Below, piece by piece: positions 10,211 to 19,594 of a stretch of 64,000 nt of DNA. Every line of letters begins with the position of its first letter. Position 1 is the stretch's first letter. The notes beneath the pieces were generated by a model. The model did no database searches. It was given only the letters and a program-made list of their open reading frames with translations, and was not told the DNA's origin. Origin of the DNA: Nitrospirales bacterium (GTDB taxonomy: Bacteria > Nitrospirota > Nitrospiria > Nitrospirales > UBA8639); assembly GCA_965203295.1 (NCBI GenBank), contig CBDBCZ010000019.1, positions 928,001 through 992,000 of the forward strand, given 5' to 3'. The position numbers and the translations under genes were made by a program.

Positions 10211-11737
10211 TCAGTTATGCGTGTTCCAATGAATGTGGCGGAGACCGTCATAATTCCCATCAATGGCGATGGTGTACCCATGCAGGTCGGGATGTGCCAC
10301 AAACACGTGATCTTCGTACCAAAGGGGAACATAGGGAACCTGCTCCAACAAGTAGGCTTGTAGGTCTCGATAGACATCGCGTTTCTCCGTGAGATCAAGC
10401 GTCGATTCCGCCTTTTCAATCAGGCGGTCTGCTGTCGAATCGAGGAATCGCCCACGGTTGGCTCCATGTGGAGGGATGGAGCGACTGTGAAAAATATATG
10501 AAAAAATATCTGGGGTGTGAATTCCTACCCATGACAGACTATACATTTGAAATCGTCCTGCCTTGATGTCTTCATAAAACGTCCCCCAATCATAACTTTC
10601 CAGATTGACGTTGAGACCGACCTGTGACAATTGGTGTTGCACAATGGTGGCAAGACGAATTCGGAATGGATCACTGGATATTTTATACGAAAGGGAAATT
10701 CTAGGGAGGTGATTCAATCCGGCTTTGGTTAACAATGATCGAGCTTTTTGGGGGTTATAAGAATAAGAAGGAAGAGTGGGATGTCCTGCCCAATGAGTCG
10801 GTAGAAGAAGGGCATTTGCCGTCTGGCCTGCTCCTCCCAATACGTGTTGAATGATGGCTTTTCGGTCAATGGCTTGAGCGATAGCCTGGCGAACTTCGAT
10901 TCGTTGGGTGAGGGGATCTTGTAGGTTGAAACCTAAATAGACAAAGTTCGATCCCCGGCCACGATGAATTCGAGCACGTGAATCATGGTCAAGAAATTCA
11001 ACCAATTCTGGTGGAAGGTCATTTTGCATCATCTGCACTTCGCCGGCCAACAACTTTAATACCCTGACCGTCGGATCTGGGACATGGACAAATTCAAACA
11101 GTTGACGATCGGCAATCCTTACTAAACGAAGTCGAGTGTCGTCGAGCCATGTTTGAAACGAAAAAGGTCCACTGCCAACGGGATGGGAATGGAAAGGATG
11201 TTTTTTAAAAACAAGTCTGGCTGGGAGGATGCCGATAACCAAATAACCGGGGAACAGAGGTTCTGGCCTAGACAAAAAGAAGTCGATCGTGTCTGCAGTC
11301 GGGGTTTCAATAGATCGGATCATGGTCAATGCACTGCTATGGGGAGAACCATGCAGAGGGTCAAGGATGAATTCGTACGTGGTTTTGATGTCTTGTGAGG
11401 TCAAACGGCTGCCATCATGGAATTCCCGACTGTGATCTCGCAAATAGAAACGATAGTGAGTGGGAGTCAATTGCTCCCACGCGGCCAAGGCTGGGATCGG
11501 CTGAAAGGTATCGTCAAAGTCGACCAATCTTTCATAGAGTAAGCGATTGATCCTCGCAGAAGTCGCATCGGTGGCAAATCGTGGATCCAAATTGATGGGA
11601 GCTGCAGCCACAGCAAATCGGAGGATATCCGATGGTTGTTCTGTACAACCACCACATGCGACAAGAAGACAGACAAAGAGAAAACCCAGCCATCTCACCA
11701 CTCGTACCTTCCCCTTGGTTAACAGTGCATCCATCAA
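10211..11737 (-). CDS. dppA: Peptide ABC transporter substrate-binding protein (family 5)
   Basis: Signal/lipobox-like N-terminus, LDPRF, FHDGSRLTS, PVGSGPF, VRQAIAQAIDR. Confidence 0.88.
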   Translation of the reverse strand: MMDALLTKGKVRVVRWLGFLFVCLLVACGGCTEQPSDILRFAVAAAPINLDPRFATDATSARINRLLYERLVDFDDTFQPIPALAAWEQLTPTHYRFYLRDHSREFHDGSRLTSQDIKTTYEFILDPLHGSPHSSALTMIRSIETPTADTIDFFLSRPEPLFPGYLVIGILPARLVFKKHPFHSHPVGSGPFSFQTWLDDTRLRLVRIADRQLFEFVHVPDPTVRVLKLLAGEVQMMQNDLPPELVEFLDHDSRARIHRGRGSNFVYLGFNLQDPLTQRIEVRQAIAQAIDRKAIIQHVLGGAGQTANALLLPTHWAGHPTLPSYSYNPQKARSLLTKAGLNHLPRISLSYKISSDPFRIRLATIVQHQLSQVGLNVNLESYDWGTFYEDIKAGRFQMYSLSWVGIHTPDIFSYIFHSRSIPPHGANRGRFLDSTADRLIEKAESTLDLTEKRDVYRDLQAYLLEQVPYVPLWYEDHVFVAHPDLHGYTIAIDGNYDGLRHIHWNTHN

Positions 11738-11859
11738 TAAAGAAGTTGAAGAAGACTCACTTAGTCCTTAATAATAAAGGCAAACAAACAGGAAGACCAC
11801 AGAAGATTTGCTCAATATAATCTCTTGTTTGTTTCCCTAAAATAAACTCTCTGACCTTT

Positions 11860-13311
11860 ATGAAAACCATCACGGCTTTAGATCTTTACAACCTCACCAA
11901 GTGTCACCATCGAGTGTATTTGGATGCCAATGGAAATCCCAATGAGCGTGCAGAGGTCGGTGCCTTTGTCAAGCTGCTCTGGGAGCTTGGCCTTCAAACT
12001 GAACAGGAATATATTGCTTCCTTAGGGGATATGATGGTGGCCGATCTTCAGGTGTTCACACCTGAGGTGGCGTTTCAAGAGACCCTTCGTTTGATGAAAG
12101 AGGGCGCGTCCCTCATCTACCAGGGTTGCCTGATAAGCGAATGCTTTGTGGGACGACCAGATTTGTTGGTGAAACGAGACGACGGACGGTCTACTTTTGG
12201 AGACTATTTGTATGAGCCCATTGATATCAAGGCGGGGAAAGGATGGGAAGAATCCGAAGGAAGGAAACCACGGTTTAAGGAGCATTATGCCTTTCAAATG
12301 TTGTTTTACCGGATTCTCTTGGAAAGAATCCAAGGCGTGGTTCCCGTGACCGCTCGAATTATCAATGTCCAGAAGGAAATGGAAGAATTTGACCCGGCAG
12401 TGTTCCAGGCACGCTTTCAGGAGGCATTGGATCTGGCCCAGGGCCTGATCAGTGGTGAACAACAGTCAGAACCCATCCTTGGTAGTCATTGTCTCCTCTG
12501 TGGATGGTTTTCTCGATGCCAGCAATGGGTGAAAGACCATGATGACCCCACCGGTTTGTTTTTTGTCGGGAAACAGAAGTTTGAATTGCGAAAGGTCGGT
12601 CTGAAAACTATCCATGACATTGCAGGAATGACCGTAGGTGAATTTCTCAACTCACCAAAGAAAATTCCTCGAATGGGCGAAAAATCACTGCGCAGGATGA
12701 AGCAGCGCGCAGAAGTGGTTTTGAGCGGACAACCTCTGATTCGGAATGGATATTCCTTCCCCAATGTGAACCGTGAGGTGTTCTTTGACATTGAGGACGA
12801 TCCCACACAAGGCCTCACATACCTTTTTGGGATGATTATCAAGCCACGTGGCGGTGAGGAACGATTTCACTATTTTGTGGCTCGACACCCCGAAGAAGAA
12901 GAGCAAACGGTCAAAGCCTTCTGGAACTTTTTAGCGGAGGCCGAGGATGATGTGTACTATGTGTATTCTCATAAAGAGCGATCCACGTTGAAGCACCTTA
13001 TGGAGCGATATGAGTTAGACAAAAAAGTATTCGACCGTTACGTTGAACAAGAGTATGATCTCTATTCAAAGCTCATTGTTGAGTACTCCGATTGGCCGAC
13101 CTTTTCCTATAGTATCAAGCACATCGCCAAGCTCATTGGATTTCGCTGGCGCGACACGGATCCTTCCGGGGCCAATTCGATAGCATGGTATAACACGTAT
13201 TTGGCTGATCCATCTCGTGAAGAATTGCTCAGCCGGATTCTAAACTATAATGAGGATGATTGCCGTGCCATGATTGCCATAAAGAATTATTTTTTGGAAC
13301 ATGCTCAATGA
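11860..13311 (+). CDS. TM0106-family RecB-like nuclease with C-terminal RNase H-like domain
   Basis: GRPDLL...YEPIDIK PD-(D/E)xK motif, C..C.W...C, FFDIE, SYSIKHIA, YNEDDCRA. Confidence 0.85.
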   Translation: MKTITALDLYNLTKCHHRVYLDANGNPNERAEVGAFVKLLWELGLQTEQEYIASLGDMMVADLQVFTPEVAFQETLRLMKEGASLIYQGCLISECFVGRPDLLVKRDDGRSTFGDYLYEPIDIKAGKGWEESEGRKPRFKEHYAFQMLFYRILLERIQGVVPVTARIINVQKEMEEFDPAVFQARFQEALDLAQGLISGEQQSEPILGSHCLLCGWFSRCQQWVKDHDDPTGLFFVGKQKFELRKVGLKTIHDIAGMTVGEFLNSPKKIPRMGEKSLRRMKQRAEVVLSGQPLIRNGYSFPNVNREVFFDIEDDPTQGLTYLFGMIIKPRGGEERFHYFVARHPEEEEQTVKAFWNFLAEAEDDVYYVYSHKERSTLKHLMERYELDKKVFDRYVEQEYDLYSKLIVEYSDWPTFSYSIKHIAKLIGFRWRDTDPSGANSIAWYNTYLADPSREELLSRILNYNEDDCRAMIAIKNYFLEHAQ

Positions 13312-13378
13312 CGAACAGACAGAAACATGAATCGTTCAAATGAAATGTTGATGAAAGAAGATGGGGAGAATGGATTAA

Positions 13379-14068
13379 ATGTCACAGAAAGTCTTGATTG
13401 TTGATGATGAGCAGGCTCTGGTCGATTTAGTGAAGTACCACCTTGAAAAAGAAAGATTGGAATGTAGTACGGCCAATGATGGGGAAACGGCTCTTGGTCT
13501 TGCCCGTTCTCAAAAGCCAGACCTGCTGATACTCGACCTCATGCTGCCTGGAGTCGACGGGTTGGAAATTTGCCGAATGCTTCGTCGTGATCCGGGGACT
13601 GCGAAAATCGCCATCATTATGCTCACAGCGAAAGCGGAAGAAGTGGATCGGGTTGTCGGGTTAGAAATGGGTGCCGATGATTATGTCGTGAAACCGTTTA
13701 GCCCAAGAGAGCTGGTGGCCCGGGTTAAAGCCGTGTTACGTCGGGGAAAGGAGCTCGTTTCTGATGACATTCGATGGGTTGGGAACCTGGAAGTGGATGA
13801 AGCCAAACATCAAGTTCGTGTCAATCGGAATCCGATAGATTTAACTGTCAAGGAGTTTGACCTTCTTTGCGCGTTAGTGAATGCCAGTGGGCGCGTCTTG
13901 AACCGTGAACAGATTTTAGAAAGCGTATGGGGATATGCGAATGCTATCGATATTGAGTCCAGGACCGTGGATGTGCATATACGGCGACTTCGAGAAAAAC
14001 TTGGCTCCGAACATAAACGCATCGTGACGATCAAAGGTGTCGGATATCGATTTGAGTCTGAAAGGTGA
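13379..14068 (+). CDS. phoB: OmpR/PhoB-family response regulator (PhoB/PhoP)
   Basis: VDDE, DLMLP, GADDY, RTVDVHIRRLREKL; upstream of the pst operon. Confidence 0.88.
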   Translation: MSQKVLIVDDEQALVDLVKYHLEKERLECSTANDGETALGLARSQKPDLLILDLMLPGVDGLEICRMLRRDPGTAKIAIIMLTAKAEEVDRVVGLEMGADDYVVKPFSPRELVARVKAVLRRGKELVSDDIRWVGNLEVDEAKHQVRVNRNPIDLTVKEFDLLCALVNASGRVLNREQILESVWGYANAIDIESRTVDVHIRRLREKLGSEHKRIVTIKGVGYRFESER

Positions 14069-15480
14069 AGTGCATGGCTGTTAACGACAAGATGAACATC
14101 AGGCTGATGGCCCGTGTGGGCATTTTTCTTGTGGTGATGATGGTTTTGGGTATGGGCGTGATGGCGGCTCTTCAAGGATTAAACCCAAGTCAGAACCTAT
14201 TTATCGCAGGGATTGTGTTGGCTCTCCTCGCATCTCTCCTTTTGGCGATTTGGTTGGCGAATTGGGTGATTCGCCCTGTGGTGGAGATTGAATCGGCCGT
14301 GAAACACATTGCTGAGAGTTGGTATGCTGGTGTTGTGCCCCTTAGTGGATGGAATAGGTCGGCAGCTCTTGGGCGAATTCTGAATCAACTCGCTTCTCAA
14401 TCTCGTGACCGGATTCAAGCCCTGGAAGGAGAACGAGCGAAGGTGGCCGTGATTCTTGATAGCATGGTGGAGGGAGTCATTGCCTTAGATCCTCAAGGTC
14501 GCATTCTACTCATGAATCCCAGCGCCCACCGAATTTTTGACCTTAAACAGCAATGGGTAGAAGGGCAATTCCTTCTCGAAGTTATTCGGCATCGGGGTCT
14601 GGCTGAAATGGTGGAGCAATGTCAATCATTCATCGCTGGCGAGCTGTGCCGCCGTGAAGTAGAAATAAACATGCCTGTCACTCGAGTTTTGGAAGTGCAT
14701 GGTATGCCCCTGCCGTTTACTGCTCAGACGTGGGGAATTCTCCTCGTCCTCCATGACATTACTGAACTTCGCCGGTTGGAGCGCGTGAGAGCCGAGTTTG
14801 TGGCAAATGTCTCACATGAGTTACGGACCCCTCTGACAGCCATTAAGGGATATTTGGAAACATTGTTGGACGAAGCTCCCCAAGAACCAAGGACGCACCG
14901 ACGGTTTCTAGAGGTTGCCAATTCTCACGCAGAACGCTTGGGGAGGCTATTGAATGACCTGCTCAATCTATCGGACATTGAAACGGGCAAGGTTGTTCTT
15001 GATTTGAGAATGGTCAATTTGACTGAACTGATCAATGAGGTATCGTCAATTTTTGAGAAAGACGCCAAGAAGAAAGGTGTCCTTTTGCTCAACAAGGTGT
15101 CTCCTCAACTGGAGGTCCTTGCTGATCGAGATCGGTTGTCTCAGATTCTGGTGAATTTAATAGACAATGCGGTGAAGTATACACCTGAAGGTGGGCAAAT
15201 TATGTTTGAATCTGAGTCTCTAACAGATGGGCAAACTGCGGTGTACGTGAAAGACACGGGCCCGGGGATTCCATCCACAGATTTGCCTAGACTGACCGAA
15301 CGCTTTTACCGTGTCGATAAAGCCCGATCACGGGATGAGGGAGGGACAGGATTAGGATTGGCCATTGTCAAGCATCTTGTTCAACTACATGGGGGTTCGC
15401 TTCGCATCGACAGCGAGGTAGGTAAAGGGACCACCATTCAATTTATCCTCCCATCTTCCCTCCTGACTCATTCTCTTTAG
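14065..15480 (+). CDS. phoR: Sensor histidine kinase PhoR (TM-HAMP-PAS-HisKA-HATPase)
   Basis: FVANVSHELRTPL, NLIDNAVKY, ERFYRVDKARSR, GGTGLGL. Confidence 0.9.
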   Translation: MKCMAVNDKMNIRLMARVGIFLVVMMVLGMGVMAALQGLNPSQNLFIAGIVLALLASLLLAIWLANWVIRPVVEIESAVKHIAESWYAGVVPLSGWNRSAALGRILNQLASQSRDRIQALEGERAKVAVILDSMVEGVIALDPQGRILLMNPSAHRIFDLKQQWVEGQFLLEVIRHRGLAEMVEQCQSFIAGELCRREVEINMPVTRVLEVHGMPLPFTAQTWGILLVLHDITELRRLERVRAEFVANVSHELRTPLTAIKGYLETLLDEAPQEPRTHRRFLEVANSHAERLGRLLNDLLNLSDIETGKVVLDLRMVNLTELINEVSSIFEKDAKKKGVLLLNKVSPQLEVLADRDRLSQILVNLIDNAVKYTPEGGQIMFESESLTDGQTAVYVKDTGPGIPSTDLPRLTERFYRVDKARSRDEGGTGLGLAIVKHLVQLHGGSLRIDSEVGKGTTIQFILPSSLLTHSL

Positions 15481-15524
15481 TTCCTTTCCATCCGTTCATT
15501 AATATCTCATCCTTAACGTTCTCA

Positions 15525-15640
15525 CTTGCTTTCGCGCTCGCCGCTGAAGCTCCGGCGCGCAAGCGGCAGGAAGCCACGGCTGCCTGGCCTTTGTAGCCTA
15601 AGCTACTACGGCGGAGTAGGCTGAATCCGTGGCGCTCCAC
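15525..15640 (+). mobile_element. Non-autonomous IS200/IS605-like palindromic element, copy 1
   Basis: GAAGCCACGG...CCGTGGCGCTCCAC end hairpin; clearly similar to 55684-55753. Confidence 0.5.
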
Positions 15641-15737
15641 AAACAGAAATTCGCCCTTAAAGTCTTTCTCTGTAAACTTTACACGGTTGTTACTTGGAGA
15701 AAACGAACGTGCAATATTGTCCTGGTACGTTCGAACT

Positions 15738-16067
15738 ATGAAGAGTCAACGGAATGGGCGATCAGGACGATTTCCTTGGACAATTTCTTTCCGTGAAAAT
15801 ATCAGACAGCCCGAAAATGGCAAACCGAATAAACGAATTCAACAAAAAGTGCTTAAAGTTTTACCCATAGAGGTCGCACTTCAAGTCGACGAACTTGTTG
15901 AACGATTACCAGATATCAAGTGAAACGATGTCTTTCACGAGATAAAAATTCTCAGAGAGAAAGGGAAAGTCGGCCTGAAGGTTTGTGGGTGGAATTTTGA
16001 AATATGGTCCATTCCCCCAAAACGGCGAAGTCTCTCTTCCATGATGAAGCAGGAAAACTATCGATAA
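15738..16067 (+). pseudogene. Small hypothetical (winged-helix-like) protein with internal TGA
   Basis: ...VDELVERLPDIK*NDVFHEIKILREKGKV... reads in frame across TGA 15921-15923 (probably TGG, Trp). Confidence 0.5.
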
Positions 16068-16094
16068 GCCCGAGTCTCGGGAAGATTTCGAGAG

Positions 16095-16123
16095 TTAACA
16101 TTATCGTAACATTCCAGTTACAT
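16095..16123 (+). promoter_or_regulatory. Pho-box-like array upstream of pstS
   Basis: TTAACAT/GTAACAT/GTTACAT at an exact 11-bp period (16095, 16106, 16117). Confidence 0.8.
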
Positions 16124-16171
16124 GCAGGAAACATTGACCATCTACTATCAAATCACTAAAGGGAGGAAGAT

Positions 16172-17206
16172 ATGACACAGCCCATCGCTGTTGATTTTCT
16201 GATCCATTCATCGAGCAGAGTGACACCCTGGTTAAGACTAGGAATAGCTATTCTCGTTGGGTTGGTCGGCTTGTGGAGTCCTAACTCTATTTTTGCAGGC
16301 ATGGAGTCCATGACTGATCCTAATTGGCAGTCTTATGCTCGTGTTAGCGGGATTTCTGGGAATCTGAATAGTATTGGATCAGATACGCTGAATAACCTCA
16401 TGACGTTGTGGGCAGAGGGATTTCGGAAGCAATATCCCAACGTTAAAATTCAAATTGAGGGAAAGGGTTCAAGTACAGCACCACCGGCCCTTATTGAAGG
16501 GACAGCGCAGTTTGGTCCGATGTCCAGAAAGATGAAGGGCAAAGAGATTGACAAATTTGAAGCAAAATTTGGGTATAAACCTACGGTCTTTGCAGTGGCA
16601 ATTGATGCGCTGGCGGTCTATGTCAATAAAGACAACCCAATCCAAGGCATGACTATGGAACAGGTCGATGCGGCCTTTTCAAAATCAAGACGACGAGGTT
16701 ATAGGAATGATATCGGGGAATGGGGACAGTTAGACCTAAACGGTCGATGGGCAAGCATCCTTATCAGCCTGTATGGTCGAAATTCGGCTTCCGGAACGTA
16801 TGGGTTTTTCAAAAAGAAAGTCTTAAAGAATGGTGATTATAAGGATCAGGTCAAGGAACAGCCTGGGTCAGCCTCGGTTGTTCAAGGAGTCACTGAAGAT
16901 CGAGCTGGCATGGGATATAGCGGGATCGGATATCTCACTTCGGGGGTTCGGGCCATTCCTCTTGCCGCCAAGAAAGGGAAAACGTTTGTGCAGCCGACTT
17001 TTGAAAACGCCGCGAAGGGGGCCTATCCATTGGCTCGGTTTTTATATGTCTACGTGAACAAAACACCAGGCAAGCCATTAAATCCCTTAATCCAGGAATT
17101 CTTGAAGTTTGTCTATAGTATCGAAGGACAGAAGGTTGTGATCAAAGATGGATATTTTCCTTTGTCGGCTCAGGTGATTGAGTCACAATTGAAGAACCTA
17201 AAATAA
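16172..17206 (+). CDS. pstS: Phosphate ABC transporter substrate-binding protein
   Basis: GSDTL, GKGSSTAP, GRNSASGTY, YPLARFLYVY; GGAGG RBS. Confidence 0.95.
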   Translation: MTQPIAVDFLIHSSSRVTPWLRLGIAILVGLVGLWSPNSIFAGMESMTDPNWQSYARVSGISGNLNSIGSDTLNNLMTLWAEGFRKQYPNVKIQIEGKGSSTAPPALIEGTAQFGPMSRKMKGKEIDKFEAKFGYKPTVFAVAIDALAVYVNKDNPIQGMTMEQVDAAFSKSRRRGYRNDIGEWGQLDLNGRWASILISLYGRNSASGTYGFFKKKVLKNGDYKDQVKEQPGSASVVQGVTEDRAGMGYSGIGYLTSGVRAIPLAAKKGKTFVQPTFENAAKGAYPLARFLYVYVNKTPGKPLNPLIQEFLKFVYSIEGQKVVIKDGYFPLSAQVIESQLKNLK

Positions 17207-17218
17207 TGGCTCTCTAAC

Positions 17219-17258
17219 GATGGCCCCTCGGTTCAAACAGAGGCCATCAATTTTTTTA
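17219..17258 (+). terminator. Stem-loop with U-tract between pstS and pstC
   Basis: GATGGCC...GGCCATC followed by a T-run. Confidence 0.6.
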
Positions 17259-17285
17259 TTTTCCCCCTACACAATCTAGCTTGCC

Positions 17286-19589
17286 ATGGTGCCTCCAGAC
17301 CTTTCTTCCCCCATTGATAGACCGATCTCAGCGCCTCGTGCCAGAGTTTTCCGTCACCAAGCCAAAACAGCTTCACGAACAGTCCGTGATATTCTTGATC
17401 GCCTCGCCCATGGAGTCGTGTGGGCAGGTGGCATAGCCACTATCCTCAGCATCTTGGGAATCTTCGTCTATCTGTTGATTGAAGTGGTTCCATTGTTCGT
17501 GACACCCACTGGCTCGCCAACTAGCCATACGTCTTTGGATGGTTCAATACCTCCGAGGCAAGCCAGTCTTGCGGTTGGGGTAGATGAGTACCAAGAGGTT
17601 GCCTATGTCCTTGATCACGGCCAGGTCAAATTTTACGCTTTGCCGGCGGGAAATGAGATCCCCGTTGATTACTCTTTTCAGGATCAAGAAGAGCAGATCA
17701 CTGCTGTCGCACGTGCAATAGGATGGGGCCATCAGTTCGCTTTGGGAACGAAGAGCGGCTACGTGATCCCAATGGACATTGAGTTGAATCCCGAATTCGG
17801 AACTGGCAGTCGCCAAATTGTCCCGACGGTCAATGTGGGGGAACCCATTGAAGTCGATCCTACCCACTCGCCGATCCTGCGTTTTTCGTATCAACGATGG
17901 GAAGAAGGCACTGTGATAGCTGCGATCACGATAGTTGGGACCCTTTGGGTGATGAAGGTTGAAGAGTCCGAAGGACTGGTTTTGTCAGATGAACCCGTGG
18001 TCACTCGAGTTCAACTGGACCCCCCATCCACTGAGCCTTTGACGGTATTACTCCTCGACAGAGTGGGAGAACATCTGTTCGCTGGAACTTCTAGTGGAAA
18101 GATTTTTCATTGGTTGCTGCAAGATCTGGAGCAACCCCGTGTCATAGGGGTCCATCAGGTGAGCGCGACGAGTGATGCTGTGACTGCATTAGCCTATCTC
18201 ATTGGAGATCGCACGATTGTCATCGGCACAGAAGCTGGTGACGTATCAACGTGGATGCCAATGCGAAATTTTGAAGAAGATGATTCATTCCAACTCAAAT
18301 TGGCTAGGATCTTTCCTGCCCATGAGGAGGCAGTCACTGCTATTTCCGCTTCGCAACGAGATAAGGGCTTTTTGACGGCTGATGCGACGGGCGCTGTGAC
18401 CCTTCATCACTCAACATCTGGGCAGACGTTTTTTACATTGTCTGGGTCGGGTTCTCCAGTGGAAGCTCTGATATTTTCTCCTAAAGCCAATGGTGGAATT
18501 GCGCTAGATGGAAGTGGCTCCCTGCGCGCATTTTCCATCGAGAATCATCATCCTGAAGTGACATTTCAGACCCTTTTCCAAGCAGTTCTGTATGAAGGCT
18601 ATGAGCAGCCAGAGTGGATTTGGCAGTCCTCCAGTGGATCAGGTGATTTTGAACCCAAGTTTGGCATGATGCCTTTGATTTTCGGCACCTTGAAAGGAAC
18701 GATTTATGCCATGATGCTGGCGGTTCCCCTCGCTGTCATGGGGGCGATCTATACCGCCATGTTCATGTCGCTGAACTTGAGAGCCATCATCAAACCGGTG
18801 ATTGAAGTGATGGCAGCCCTACCTTCGGTCGTACTGGGATTTCTCGCGGGTTTATGGTTGGCTCCTATTTTGGAACAAATCTTTCCCGCGGTGGTCGCTA
18901 TGCTTTTGATGATTCCTATCGTTGTCGCGGTGGTCTGCCTCGGCTGGAACTTTAATCCTTGGTTGAGTCGGCATCGAAGTCAGTCTTTCGTTGATCTGCT
19001 GATCTTAATGGGAGTGATCGTGATCACTGTCCTCGGATGCCTGACATTGAATCAAGGGATTGAATCCTTTATTTTTTCAGGAGATTACAAACAATGGTTG
19101 AACTCGAATCTCGGACTTCAGTACGACCAGCGGAATGCGTTATTGATCAGCTTTGCGATGGGGTTTGCCGTGATTCCGATTATTTTTAGTATTTCGGAGG
19201 ACTCCATTTCCAATGTGCCTCGACATCTCATTGCCGGATCCCTGGCTATGGGAGCGACACAATGGCAAACCTTAACTCGCTTAGTTCTCGTTTCAGCCAG
19301 CCCTGGCATTTTTTCTGCCTTAATGATTGGGTTTGGCCGGGCTGTCGGCGAAACCATGATTGTGCTCATGGCCACCGGAAATACTCCTATTCTTGATTGG
19401 AGCATTTTCAATGGATTTCGGACTCTTTCGGCGAACATTGCCGTCGAAATGCCGGAGGCACCTCATGGAGGAACTTTGTATCGAATATTATTTTTATCCG
19501 GGTTGATTCTGTTTGCCTTTACCTTTCTCATCAATACTGTTGCTGAAGTGGTAAGGCAGCGATTACGTGAACGATATAGCCAGTATTAA
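17286..19589 (+). CDS. pstC: Phosphate ABC permease PstC with large beta-propeller-like periplasmic insertion
   Basis: PSVVLG, GRAVGETMIV, RTLSANIA; ~400-aa soluble region after TM1. Confidence 0.92.
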   Translation: MVPPDLSSPIDRPISAPRARVFRHQAKTASRTVRDILDRLAHGVVWAGGIATILSILGIFVYLLIEVVPLFVTPTGSPTSHTSLDGSIPPRQASLAVGVDEYQEVAYVLDHGQVKFYALPAGNEIPVDYSFQDQEEQITAVARAIGWGHQFALGTKSGYVIPMDIELNPEFGTGSRQIVPTVNVGEPIEVDPTHSPILRFSYQRWEEGTVIAAITIVGTLWVMKVEESEGLVLSDEPVVTRVQLDPPSTEPLTVLLLDRVGEHLFAGTSSGKIFHWLLQDLEQPRVIGVHQVSATSDAVTALAYLIGDRTIVIGTEAGDVSTWMPMRNFEEDDSFQLKLARIFPAHEEAVTAISASQRDKGFLTADATGAVTLHHSTSGQTFFTLSGSGSPVEALIFSPKANGGIALDGSGSLRAFSIENHHPEVTFQTLFQAVLYEGYEQPEWIWQSSSGSGDFEPKFGMMPLIFGTLKGTIYAMMLAVPLAVMGAIYTAMFMSLNLRAIIKPVIEVMAALPSVVLGFLAGLWLAPILEQIFPAVVAMLLMIPIVVAVVCLGWNFNPWLSRHRSQSFVDLLILMGVIVITVLGCLTLNQGIESFIFSGDYKQWLNSNLGLQYDQRNALLISFAMGFAVIPIIFSISEDSISNVPRHLIAGSLAMGATQWQTLTRLVLVSASPGIFSALMIGFGRAVGETMIVLMATGNTPILDWSIFNGFRTLSANIAVEMPEAPHGGTLYRILFLSGLILFAFTFLINTVAEVVRQRLRERYSQY

Positions 19590-19594
19590 CGGAC

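Noticed and set aside
11860..13311. Cas4-like nuclease implying a CRISPR system
   Set aside because: TM0106-type stand-alone nuclease; no cas genes or repeat-spacer array seen.
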